From Lepidodermella squamata (taxonomy: Eukaryota > Animalia > Gastrotricha), in the NCBI GenBank assembly GCA_047495785.1, contig JBLDXI010000074.1:1116001-1180000 (forward strand): DNA of 64,000 nucleotides, read 5' to 3'. The notes under the pieces are model-generated. The model ran no database searches. It worked only from the letters and a program-made list of their open reading frames with translations, and was not told where the DNA came from. A program made the translations under genes and the position numbers. Positions 1 to 10,857 of the stretch are shown piece by piece; position 1 is the stretch's first letter, and every line of letters starts with the position of its first letter.

Positions 1-516
1 TTCAGCCATGTGGGCCTAACTAAATGCATGTAAAATCGACCCATTTTTAAATCGATTTTTTGAAAAACGTCATCTTTGTAATTTACTGGTAATTTATGTC
101 CTGGAACAACTTCTTCCTACTACTTCCTAGGGCCTTTGCAACGCCACATAGATATTCGCAAATTAGGCCACAAAATCACGAAGATCGAAATTTGTCGATC
201 ATGTCGGGGCGAAAAAAATTGTTAAAATGTGATCTGAAAATTCCAGAAAAAATATTTTCTTTACCAGAATGGGCTAAGCTATCGATATATAAAAATACCC
301 GATAAAAATAATCGATACCGTAAATTGGGGCAAAATGGCCGCGGGAAAAAATTACCCCCTGATTTTTTCGCATTTTTACACGTTTCAGAGGGTCCTGATT
401 CCGATTTTATAGGAAGCTCATTTTGCCCCAGGTTTGGGGCAAATTGGACAGGTGTTTTGGGGCTAATTGGCCACCCTTATCCTTATAATGGGTTTTTAAT
501 ATTTAGTGATTGTAAT

Positions 517-607
517 GGTTGAATGGTCGAGTGGTTGTGATGCGTCCATCAGAACTTGAGTGATCTGATGAGCGACGGTTCGAATCCTCATAAAGTAGCA
601 TTTTTTT
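517..607 (+). promoter_or_regulatory. tRNA-derived Pol III unit in left TIR
   Basis: A-box TGGTCGAGTGG (524-534), B-box GGTTCGAATCC (577-587), T7 run at 601-607. The acceptor stem does not pair, so it is not an intact tRNA. Confidence 0.55.
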
Positions 608-983
608 GCTCCGCATTTAATTTTTTTAATTTTTTTGTTTTAATTGTCCATTTTAATAATTTTTAATTAGTTTCTCCGTTTTTTCTGAGAGTTTTATTGC
701 TGAGCAACTTTTAAACGTCTCCCGAACAAAAAAATGTCCGGCATACGTGGTGCTAGTGGAATAATTAAAATGGAAAATTAATGGGTCTTCGACAGGCGTC
801 GCGCAAATAAATTCAGTAAACGCGCAAAACAAACAGATGTGAGCAAAGTAAACAAAAGCGTCGCGCACTAGCAGAATGTGTCGCGCAGAATAATAACACC
901 CGTCGCGCAGAGTAATACCACGTGTCGCGCAAAATATAAATCACGTAGCAAGCCCTTATTTCATTATTTCTCAACGTTCAAAC

Positions 984-2290
984 ATGAGATTTCTTGACGA
1001 AGTTGAAGAATTGATTAATGAGCTTCAACAGCCACCTGATCAGCCGCCACTTCTTCAAAGCATCGATGGCGATAGCATTGAAGCCGATGATTTAGAATCG
1101 CAGCTACCAACAGGTGGAATTTTTGATGACTACGAAAAGTTGAAAAACAACTGGCTACCTATTTTTTCCGGGTCGTACGAGGAAGCCCAGGCCTTCCTGG
1201 GTAATAGGGGCCCATTGTTTCGGCTACGAGGCGGCGAGGAGAGGAGAGGCTGCTATGTGGAGTACTACGGCTGTGCGAAGGGAGGGCGTCGGCGTAAAAA
1301 TGGCCAGCGAATTTGCCGGGCTGAAGTTAAGGTTGTTCACGGCGAAGCAACCAAAATTTACGATAACGACATACCTCACCGGCACCCTGAAGAACTGGCG
1401 CCTTTGACACCCGAGGTCATGCAGGCAATCGACGATGCTTGGTTGGCTGATGTGAGTTAATTTCTCATTTATCATTTATCCACTAGTCATCCACCTTAAA
1501 ATTTTTATAGAAAACAACTTTACGGGCGGTCCAGGTCTATTTATCTCGCCGAAATTTCGACATCGCCATGATTCCCGAGAAGGCTATCGTCGCCTACCTG
1601 AAACAGAAGGAGCGGGCGCTGCTACCCGACGATTCGCCGGTCACCTTGGCTGACCTGGAGCGTTTTTGCGAAAATAAGCTGCAAGTGCCTGAAAATCTTG
1701 ACACGTGCTTCGTCGGCCTGTGCGAGGTCATACCCGAGACGGTCCACTGCGCCCAACAATTCCGCATTCTCCAGACCACGCCTCGCTTGATTGACCATCA
1801 CAAGCATGGCCGCCCATTACACGTCGGCGCCTCGTTTGGCACAACGCACATGGGCTTCCCTTTCATTCTGATGGGGACCAGCGATTGGAGGCGCAAGTTT
1901 CACCCCACTGGCATCGCTTTGACGAAGGGCGAGACGAAGGAGGATTATGCTGCTGTTCTGTTTGGCTTGAAGAACACTTACAGGTTGGCCTTGTTTACCC
2001 TCTTTGAGAGTTTCACTGTTTACTTATCTGATTTAGACGCGTGACCGGTAAAGATATGCCGCGCAAAATTGGCAAAAGTGCGCCGAGTCGAAGCCAGGAT
2101 TTTTGATGACACGCCTGACTTCGTCGAAACACGGTCTGAAATTCAACCAACGTCTGCTGCCCCTTCGCAATCACGGTGCGGTTGTTCCAACGGCTGTAAA
2201 ACTGGCGGCCGAGGCCGTAAATGTTCTTGTCTAGCATCGAATTCTAAATGCGGCTCGGCTTGCTCATGCTCTAATTGTTGCAACAAATAG
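984..2290 (+). pseudogene. MULE transposase remnant (exons 984-1451, 1511-1983, 2037-; spliced frame stops at 2106; out-of-frame C-terminal CXC motif to 2290)
   Basis: WRKY/FLYWCH-like C..C..HxH (YYGCAK...ICRA...PHRH). MULE core LHVGASF...GFPFILMGTSDWRRKFHPTGIALTKGETKEDY has G where the first catalytic D is expected. The rest of the DDE domain is missing. A tesmin-like CGCSNGC...CSC...CGSACSCSNC lies in another frame. Confidence 0.75.
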
Positions 2291-2632
2291 ATTTGAAATT
2301 TGACCTATTTTGTGACATTTTTGTTTTCGCATCTTTTTTAAAATTACTTTGTTGTGATTGCTAATGAAATTTCAATAAAATTGGGTTTGCTACGTCCTGT
2401 TTTAGGTCTGCGACAAATTTATTAAATTTCGCGACGTGGTGATTACAAATGCGCGGCTTTTCAAGTGATGTGCGCACGGATTAATTTCTTCTGCGCGACG
2501 GTCTCTTGCGCGACACCTTAAATTATGTTGCGCGCGTTATTGTTTACTTTGCGCGCTTATTGAATTAAATTGCGCGACGTTTTGGGTTTCAGTCAAAATT
2601 AATAACAAAATTAAAAAAATTAAATGCGGAGC

Positions 2633-2723
2633 AAAAAAATGCTACTTTATGAGGATTCGAACCGTCGCTCATCAGATCACTCAAGTTCTGATGGACGCAT
2701 CACAACCACTCGACCATTCAACC
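2633..2723 (-). promoter_or_regulatory. tRNA-derived Pol III unit in right TIR
   Basis: Reverse-complement copy of 517-607. Confidence 0.55.
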
Positions 2724-4093
2724 CTCACAATCTCTAAATATTAAAAACCCATTATAAGGATAAGGGTGGCCAATTAGCCCCCATCATTGAGTTTTCCATG
2801 GGGTAATTTGGCCACAATCACCTAGCCATACCTGTGCATCGCCTGGGGTCGCGGTTTTTTTTGCTGTCATCTACGACGAAAATGGTCGAAGGAAAAAAAT
2901 TCATCTGAACATCAAACCTCGTGATTGGCTCCAGGTAATTCAATTTAGAGGGGTCATTTTTACCTCCCTAAACTCACCTCTGTGCAACAACATGCTGTGA
3001 CGTCATTTCGGGACATACGAGGCTGAAAATTTGCAGGCTTGTAGGAGGCTTGTTGATAATCGTCCCCGTAAATTTTTGTGAAGTTTTACCCTGTAGTTTT
3101 TGAGCTATCAATAAAATGGTGAAAACCTCAATTTTTGGCCAATTAGCCCCAAAGGTTCATTTTGCCCCAAATGACGGTATATATATAAATTTTATCCCCG
3201 TCCAATTTTTTGGGAATTTTCTAGTAATTGCGGGGAAATTGTTGTAAGATTGCTCAATGAAGAGTTGTATTCAATTTTGAACTCAAATGAATCCCAGTTT
3301 TCAATGTATTAGATCGCAACCCAATCAGCATCCTCGAAGAAGATACTTTTGCCTCACATGATGCCGATATTATCGGCCTTAGACCTTATGGCGCTTGAAA
3401 AGTGGTACTTACCTGAAAAGCGCGCTGAATATTCAGGCCGCCTAAGTTGTTAAGCGGCAAAACGCACTGTAGCAGGTGTTCGATCGTTTTATGACTATTA
3501 GCGCGATTATAGGACCTGCTTTGAATTGCAATTTGAGACGCAAATGGTAAGTGTGAACATGCGATAAGTTTTGACTAGGGGTCAGCCGAGCTTCACAAAT
3601 TAGACCGGACAAATCTGGCGTTGCGTAAACAAGCGCGCTTGTACCTATGATTGGGAGACATTCTCACTCATTTAGAGCGTATTCACTTAAAAATAAGGCG
3701 TTGAACGCGATAGGAATGGTGAAGTATGATTTCATCGCAAAATATTGTAAATAAACGTATACTTTTTGCTTTTTGTGAGCATCAATATTTTTCTCACCGC
3801 GCTGTTCGCTCGTCTTCGCTTTCGTTTCACGCGTGATTTTTACGAAAAATCTCGAAAAATTCGTGAAATTCGATTTCATGGATTCATTGTTAATCGCTGT
3901 TAATTTTTGACAATTTTGCTAACATTTCCTCGACGTTATGAGCAATTTGAGCCATTTTCTAGAGATAATAAGCCGAAGAGGGGTTTTTGGTTTTCATTTT
4001 GGCAGTTGTTTGAACAACCAAAACAACCAGCTGGTTACGCCCCTGGAGCCAGTTCAACTTGGTAGACGACTTCGTTGTATTACCACTTCTAAG

Positions 4094-4849
4094 AATTGGC
4101 ATGATTTCGCATTTATTTATTTCGTATTAGGTAATCTAAATTTGTTGAAAATAGAATATCAATCATCGATGCTAGCCGTGTTTAGAGTCAGAGATGCTTA
4201 AACGCATCAAGGCTTGGGAGAAATTTGATCATTTGTCAGCCTTTCGAAGTACTCTTCGCGACCAACCGTTCTAGCATAGCTCAGAATTCTTGGATAATTA
4301 GTGCGATAGTTAGCTATCCTCTCGAAGATTTCTTCTTCAGAATGGCGGTTAATGCTATCAGGTTCAATTTCATGTGCCGGCTGAGCTGCTAAAGAGGAGA
4401 TCTGTAATATACCAACGTTAACCATCAAATTATCGGAGTATAAAATCAGAAACTAACCAATGCAGCAATGACGATGATGATGATGAGGAGAAGGTTGTTC
4501 ATCTTTTGACGAGTTTTCCGTGAAAAAATAGTGTTATTGCAATATGGTATTGTGGTTGATCTAATGCGTCGCAGTCCAATTATTAAATAGAAGTTATCAC
4601 CTGCTCTTACGCAGCGATCGACAAGCGAAATATTAGTCATCCATGCCGTCATTACTTGCGAACTTAGCGCGGTCCTCTTTATTTGCACTGCAATGACGCT
4701 AGCAGACGAGTTTTTTGCATGTAAAGACGATGACGTCAGCTAAAACTTATTTCATTGGTCCCAAAAATTAAATAGACGATAGATATCGTATAATCTTTAT
4801 TCATTTTGACATACAGTTATCTGAAATTACACTTTGAATTGTGAGAAAC
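4094..4849. repeat. Inverted segmental duplication, partner 17903-18597
   Basis: Near-identical reverse-complement match. The right copy lacks ~60 bp corresponding to ~4763-4823. Confidence 0.9.
4207..4502 (-). CDS. Small secreted protein, 79 aa, copy 1 (exons 4502-4458, 4401-4207)
   Basis: Signal peptide MNNLLLIIIIVIAAL|ISSLAA is split by a 56-nt GTTAGT..TACAG intron. The reading frame is conserved in the second copy. Confidence 0.65.
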
Positions 4850-5207
4850 GAGAAATTGTGGAGGTTTGATGCTCCATTTATATTGAGTAAAGAAGTAGAT
4901 GCTATCTTCTCAACCCCTGAAGTAAATTGCCTGTCGTCAGTGGTCCCCTGAACCCTCTCGAGTAAGGCTTTTTTGCGTTTATATTGACGTCAAATTTTAT
5001 GCCTAATGGAGAACGTTAAGTAAAAAAGAAATCCATTTGGTCTTTTGGTCATTTGGTCAATGAACTAGAAAACGATGATAGACTCTACAAAAAACCGCAT
5101 TTGTTTTATTCGGCGAATGCTATGTTCTTAATCCGTGTTTACAAATCATTTTGTGGTAGAAAATAGGATAAAAACAATGCGATGATCCTGAGTGGGAGAG
5201 CCGTGTT

Positions 5208-5633
5208 TCAGCCCCAGTACGGCATGCCGTAGCCGCCCATCCCGTAACCACCCATGCCGTAGCCGCCCATACCGTAGCCGCCCATACCGCCGTAGCCCAT
5301 ACCGTACGATGGGTACATGCCACCGTAGGGATAGCCAAATTGGCGACGATAACGCAGTTTGTGGGTTTTATCAACTTCTTTGCTGCGGTCGAGGCCGTGT
5401 TCGTACTGCTTGCGTTGCTTGTTCTTATCGCCTTCGAAGCCACGGTTGATTTTCTCGGCTGAAGCTTCTTCCTCGCTGCGGTCCTCGTGCCTCTGCAGCT
5501 TCGGTTCGTCGAGGAGCTCCGTCCGCGCGGAGTAGCAAGTGGCGAAAACAGCAAACAGAACTGCGGGTAAAAATTTAAAACTGGCTTTAAATGAAACAAT
5601 GGTTATACCAATGATGGGCAGAATTCGTTGCAT
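5208..5633 (-). CDS. Gly/Tyr/Met-rich prepropeptide, 125 aa after removing intron 5561-5608
   Basis: Signal MQRILPIIVLFAVFATCYSA, charged pro-region, RYRR furin-type site, mature QFGYPYGGMY...(GGYGM)4PYWG. Confidence 0.85.
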   Translation of the reverse strand: MQRILPIIGITIVSFKASFKFLPAVLFAVFATCYSARTELLDEPKLQRHEDRSEEEASAEKINRGFEGDKNKQRKQYEHGLDRSKEVDKTHKLRYRRQFGYPYGGMYPSYGMGYGGMGGYGMGGYGMGGYGMGGYGMPYWG

Positions 5634-6160
5634 GGTGTCGATTAGGGTTGAAATAGGCTCAACAAATTAAAATGTGATGTAGATAATTTGAGAAATGAAA
5701 TGATGGTATTGAAAACAAAATCTCTGCTGCCTTTATACAGCTCATCACTGATCGTGTTACGATACCCTAATTGGCAGATGGAGCCTTGGAAAAAAACGGA
5801 GTCGCAACAACTAGATAACTTCGCTGTGAAATTTGCTTGAATTTTCATGGAATTTTCGAGTCTTAATTCACGCTGACTTATTGTTTTACTTATTGCGCCC
5901 GACTCATATGTTGGAAATTTCAGTGAAAAGCGCAAATTTCAAGTCGGTGACCCACTTATGAATTTGTCTGTGCACAACAACAATAGCTTTAATGGAACAA
6001 ATAACACTTAGGAAGACAATTAACGGTAATTAGCAAATCTGGCTTCAAACAAAGCAGCCGCTAGCATAGATTCATTCTGTAAACTAGTTTACAAGCATCT
6101 ATTGTGTATCCACACATTGTAAGGACAAAACAAAGCGTACTTTGAGTCTTGAAGCAAATT

Positions 6161-6685
6161 ATGTCTAATGACGAGTCCGATTCCGATGCCAATCAGTTGG
6201 AGGAAGTCATCTGCCTGGAGTGCGGCTTATTTTTCCCTTCGCTGATGGAAACTACAACACATCGAAGATTCGCCCATTCTGAGAGCTTGACGACGCCTTT
6301 ACCGGCAATCCCTGCATCAGAAGCTCTTTTATTCTGCCCTCCAGTAATATGCCAGGGGGGAAAATCAAGCGACGATTCAGTAACGCGGCGAGGTAATAAG
6401 ATTCAGCCTGGTTTTAATGAAAGATTTTCGCAGGTTTTTAATCCCCCCTGTTCAGGAGAGAAAATAGTGACCAAGTCAGATTCGGGAGAGGTCTACTGGT
6501 TCTCACGATGTTTGGACGAAATTCCTGCTGATCAAAGCACCCTGAAAAAGGAAGCCAGCATGAATCTGAAATCTGTTTTATCAAATGGAGATGAAATCCG
6601 CCGCGCTACGCTGAAATTACTCGCTTCGTTGCCACCCTGGCGGAAATTAATGAAACATCGACAATTAAAAGAGTTACCAGAGTAA
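6161..6685 (+). CDS. ORF with a single C2H2 zinc finger; probably the 5' part of a decayed gene or element
   Basis: CLECGLFFPSLMETTTHRRFAH fits C-x2-C-x12-H-x4-H. Downstream sequence has no long open frame. Confidence 0.35.
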   Translation: MSNDESDSDANQLEEVICLECGLFFPSLMETTTHRRFAHSESLTTPLPAIPASEALLFCPPVICQGGKSSDDSVTRRGNKIQPGFNERFSQVFNPPCSGEKIVTKSDSGEVYWFSRCLDEIPADQSTLKKEASMNLKSVLSNGDEIRRATLKLLASLPPWRKLMKHRQLKELPE

Positions 6686-7370
6686 AGCTTGGACGAATAA
6701 ATCGGACTTCTTGCAGCATCAGAGTGCCTTACTTCATGCTTTCATGCAATCTTTCTATCTTCAAAGTTTACATTGACGTCATTTACAGCTATTCGCTACA
6801 CTTCTCCCTTGTCCGTGATTATAATGGCTTTGCCGCTGATACACGGCAGTAAAGGGACGCTTCAGATTTATCTCAAATAACGTTGAATCGGCGTAAAATT
6901 GTGTTCTCTCTGACATCAAGCAGTAAGTCACGGTACGTCTGAAACGTCTCAAGAAAAGCTGAATCACCTTAAAAAGTTTCCTGACCCCTTCTTGAATATC
7001 TCCTAGTTTAGCTGAAACCCAAGGAATATTTAGCGTGCATTTTATAGAGTATAGGTTCATCCAACAGTGGCCCAACGGTAAAAAAAGCATTCGTCATAAA
7101 GCAGTTCGAGACGAGACTGAGTACATGCCGTGTCGGCTGAGCCTTAAAACGTGCCGTATCCTCTCGAATAAACCATGAGATAAACCTGATAAACCAGCTA
7201 TTTCTGGAACCACTGCGGCTGCAGCGCCGCGCTGAATGAGTGAAGAAAATTGTCATGGACAGGAAAGAGTTCTTTCCACAACATCAACAATCAACACCAC
7301 ATTCTCTTAGGAAGGACGTCGACTACGTCGATCTGTCAAGTCTTCTAAGGGTCTTACAACTGGCGCCAAA

Positions 7371-9025
7371 TGGATGTACGGCGCTGGAGATCGTCCTCGA
7401 TAGAACGGCTGTCCAGATTTACTCAATGGAAACTCGGTCATCTCTGACATGTTACATCTAAAATTTCAAGAAGTACCGTATTCACTTGAAAATTTGTTAT
7501 GTCTCAATTTTATCATCTACTAGCTTGGCAAAATCCTTTGAAAAGTCTAGCTGAATCTCCCGCGGGGTTAGTTCCAGCATCTAGGCAACGCTCAGCAAGC
7601 GTTTGATTTATTGAAATGAGCTAGGTTGCTTCATCAAAGATAGGGTGACCTGACAGTGGCAACTGCTAGCAGTTCGGGGACTCCAAGCAACCAATACACG
7701 TCCTAGAGCATTTCATGGAAAAAGCTGGTCAAAAATGTCGTTCTGCATCTGGAGCGAGATGGCGGCAGACATGCTCAGATTCAGGTATAAGGCTGCCTCT
7801 GACAGGCAACCAAGTCATCTATTCACTTTCTCTAACACCTTAGATAACACCTCATCTGTCAAAGGATGGCATTCCTCAAGTACATGGCTGTGCTCGCCGT
7901 CGCATTTGCGGCCGTCGATGCGTGCCCTGCGTCGACAACCTCCACGCCATGCCCAACCACTGCTTCGGGCTCCACAACTTGCACGTCCGGAAACACATGC
8001 GTCACGTCTGCTCAGGCGTGCACCGACTCGACAAAGAGCTGCCTGACCACGATCACGTACCAGCTGTGCGTCATCGCGACGACACAGGGCGGCACCGGCA
8101 TCACACAGAGCAACGTCAAGTACTGCCTCGCCAGCGGCGCTACGTGCACGGCGGCCCTCACCACTGGTTCAGCGGTAAGTCAATTTCTCATTCATCACTG
8201 AAATAATTCACTATCCCCATACCTGTAAAAACAGCAACAAACAACCACTCCTAACAGCTACACGGCGTTCAGTGACTGCTGCGCTGCGACGACGACCACG
8301 GCGGCGAACATCCGCTACGAGTACATCCCACAAACCTCGCCGACGAACCCGACTCTGGCGTGCATCGCCGGCCCCGACGCCCTGCCGTACAAGGTCGCCA
8401 CGCCCGCATCGCCGGCCAACACCAAGCAGGGCTACTGCACCCGCTTCCCATACACGTCTTCTGGCACTGATGCCCTCATCACCGGCACCACTCTGGTAAG
8501 GAAAGAAATGTCTCTTTATTGGGGCTCGATCTTATATATCTGTTCCCATAATATGTGTAGTTCACTGCTGCCCCAGCCAACACGTACACCTACACGTCGT
8601 TCGCCACTTGCTGCGCTGGCATCTTCGGCGGCACCAACGCCGCCTCGCCGTCTGTCGCCAACGTCAACACGTGGGGCTCAGTTTCCGCCTACGGCCTCAC
8701 CCTCGAGAAGTGCATCTCCACCACCCAGTAAACCGACAACACCAGGAAACATGTTTATCGCATTAACTATAGGATTAATCAGATTTCTTGAGCAGTCATT
8801 GAAATTGCGTAATGCAATGCTTCAAGATATCAACGGAGTGGGCCATTGAAAACCCCACTCGTCTCTTCCAGCATTGCAAGATGTTATAATGTTTGTTTCT
8901 TGCGAGTAGTGATTTCAGCCTGCTCATGAAATGTTTTATTTGTGGAACAACCGCATAGCATTAATCTCCTTGATTGTTCTCTATCAAGACAGTTTATATG
9001 TGAAAAGTTGCTCGCAATAAAAGAT
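7371..9025. repeat. Inverted duplication, partner ~12355-14211
   Basis: CDS and introns appear identical. The upstream region is near-identical, with ~200 bp (13645-13845) present only in the right arm. The 3' UTRs align but are clearly diverged. Confidence 0.9.
7866..8731 (+). CDS. Secreted Thr/Ala/Cys-rich protein, 246 aa, copy 1 (exons 7866-8174, 8235-8495, 8561-8731)
   Basis: Signal MAFLKYMAVLAVAFAAVDA, two phase-0 GT-AG introns, 16 Cys, strong GC3 codon bias. TATA-like TATAAG at ~7786 and AATAAA at ~9016. Confidence 0.9.
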
Positions 9026-9129
9026 TTTCAAGTCACATTTAATTTATTTTAATTTTGGTTACTTCATAGAAGTATCGAGGGCCTGAAAACGTCATGCCCA
9101 TGCATTGCAACCTTTACGCGTGCTAGAGC

Positions 9130-10857
9130 ATGTCATGGAAAAAGCTAATCAAAAAATGCCGCGTCTGGTTAGCATTCAAATGCACCGTATCACCTGGAAT
9201 AAATTATGATGCCATCATGCCCGCAGTCTTTGACCCCCGTCAACGTTGCTTGAAATTTTTGAATGCAACGGGATTGGAAGACATTGCATTCTGGCAAAAA
9301 ACCGAAAGTGACGTGGCGGCTGATCCACTGATGAAGCCGCTCGACAAGGTTCCCAATGCTCTCCCCATCTCGATATCACGTCTCCAGATGCGAGCCTTGC
9401 TGCGTCGGCTTAAAAACAAAGCTCCCGGTCACGATAATGTCCTGAATGTCCTCATAAAAAACGGTGGCCCCACGTTTCGGAGTCATCTGAAGTTCATCTT
9501 TGAGCTATGCCTTGCCACTGGCTACATGCCTGCAGGTTGGAAAATCGCGATCGTCGTGCCCGTACTAAAGGAAGGAAAGGATAGCCGTTTGGCGGATTCA
9601 TACCGCCCAATCTCTTTACTACCAGCCTTCAGCAAGTTACTGGAGCTACTCGTCACCCTGTTGTTGCTAGAATACCTCGACCTAAAGCGTCTGCTACCCG
9701 ATCATCAATACGGTTTTCGCCGCCTACGTGGTGCTGTGGACCCGCTGTTTCGCTTAATTAGCGACGCAGCCCTGGCTATGGCCAACCATAGCAAGCTGAT
9801 AGCCGTATTTCTAGATTTCCGTGCCGCTTTCGATACAGTTTGGCACGCCGCCTTGTTGCAGAAGCTCAAGGATTCTGGAGCCCCCGAGCCAATTGTGCGC
9901 TGGGTGGCGAACTTCCTCAGCGACAGAAGTTTTCAAGTTCGGGTCGGCGACGACCTGAGCGAGCCCCAGGAAATCAAATGCGGTGTCCCTCAGGGAAGCC
10001 CTTTGAGCCCGCTTCTATTCATCTTCTACTGCGCAGATATGCAGCCCCTGAGAGTAAACCCCGACGACGGTCGAAAAATCGTGGGCACCGGCACTTATGC
10101 CGATGACGCTGCAAACTGGGCATGGGGGCCTCATTATGAGCAATGTGTTTCGCGGCTTCAGTCTCGCTTACGTTCGACAGAAACCTGGTGTGCTAGATGG
10201 CGACTTGACCTCAACCCGACAAAGTGTGAGTGTATTATAATCGGTCATCATGGCGCCTCCTCCCCCTCCGTCCTATTGTCTATTGGTGGTGTGCGAATCC
10301 CGCAAGTGAAAGAGATTAGGTACCTCGGAATCACATTGACTTCGAAACTCTCGTGGGAGAGTCATCTTGATCGGCTATCAGCGAAAATCAAACCCCGAGC
10401 TGCATGCTTACGCGGCATCGCCGCACGAAAAGTTGTCCCTAGTGACCTCTGCGTTCGTTTTAGCAAAGTCCTCATCGAAAGTGTCCTTACCTACGGCTCA
10501 CCAGCCTGGCATTGTCTACCCAAGTCGTCCGAGCTACGTCTGTTCGGCTTCCAGGCCCACGGCTTGAAAGCTGCATTGGATCTGCCTATCGAGTGCGACC
10601 CTTTCGGTGTTGTCGTCGAAGCTGGCGTGGAAGCAATCAGCGACGTATTTAAGCATCAACTGATGCGGTACGCCATCAGGTGCCTCAACGCAAATAACGG
10701 GATGAAGGACTACATATCCTACGTTGCCAGCTGCCAGCCTGACGCCTTCGGCCTCCGAATGCTGGAGAAGCACTGTCCAGCATGGCACTTGCGTGACTGC
10801 ATTAGTGCCCCGGCTAAGCCCTGCCGCCTCATCACCGACATTTTCCCTAAAAACTAA
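9130..10857 (+). CDS. Non-LTR reverse transcriptase ORF (first ~60 codons derive from a flanking local repeat)
   Basis: KAPGHD, YRPISLL, QYGFR, FLDFRAAFDTVWH, GVPQGSPLSPLLF, YADD, NPTKCE and YLGI motifs. Confidence 0.9.
   Translation: MSWKKLIKKCRVWLAFKCTVSPGINYDAIMPAVFDPRQRCLKFLNATGLEDIAFWQKTESDVAADPLMKPLDKVPNALPISISRLQMRALLRRLKNKAPGHDNVLNVLIKNGGPTFRSHLKFIFELCLATGYMPAGWKIAIVVPVLKEGKDSRLADSYRPISLLPAFSKLLELLVTLLLLEYLDLKRLLPDHQYGFRRLRGAVDPLFRLISDAALAMANHSKLIAVFLDFRAAFDTVWHAALLQKLKDSGAPEPIVRWVANFLSDRSFQVRVGDDLSEPQEIKCGVPQGSPLSPLLFIFYCADMQPLRVNPDDGRKIVGTGTYADDAANWAWGPHYEQCVSRLQSRLRSTETWCARWRLDLNPTKCECIIIGHHGASSPSVLLSIGGVRIPQVKEIRYLGITLTSKLSWESHLDRLSAKIKPRAACLRGIAARKVVPSDLCVRFSKVLIESVLTYGSPAWHCLPKSSELRLFGFQAHGLKAALDLPIECDPFGVVVEAGVEAISDVFKHQLMRYAIRCLNANNGMKDYISYVASCQPDAFGLRMLEKHCPAWHLRDCISAPAKPCRLITDIFPKN

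Larger units (their letters stand above)
474..2766 (+). mobile_element. Non-autonomous, internally deleted Mutator-like (MULE) DNA transposon with ~170-bp TIRs
   Basis: Near-perfect inverted repeats at ~474-645 and ~2597-2766. Subterminal GTCGCGCA repeats at ~797-931 have inverted TGCGCGAC copies at ~2408-2580. Contains a MULE transposase remnant. Confidence 0.8.
318..3177. mobile_element. Tc1/mariner-pogo-type MITE, interrupted by the MULE element
   Basis: TIR CCGTAAATTGGGGCAAAATG (318-337) matches CATTTTGCCCCAAATGACGG (3158-3177) with 2 mismatches. TA flanks both ends (316-317, 3178-3179). The subterminal motif GGGG(C/T)(A/T)AATTGG recurs inside. Confidence 0.7.

Noticed and set aside
517-595. 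Functional tRNA gene
   Set aside because: The acceptor stem does not pair, the T stem pairs poorly and there is no canonical anticodon arm; only the A and B boxes are intact.
4446-4688. 80-aa ORF MQIKRT... (and 18003-18245)
   Set aside because: Starts at GTG and runs through promoter sequence; only the last part is the real signal-peptide exon.
7735-8849. Overlapping Arg/Pro-rich ORFs (also around 12554-13830, 19735-20618, 38452-39086)
   Set aside because: Alternative-frame or antisense shadows of GC-rich coding exons.
9130-10857. Retron/DGR-like RT system acting on the flanking duplicated genes
   Set aside because: The motifs are those of a non-LTR retrotransposon. The duplicated genes keep their introns and show no adenine-specific variable repeat.
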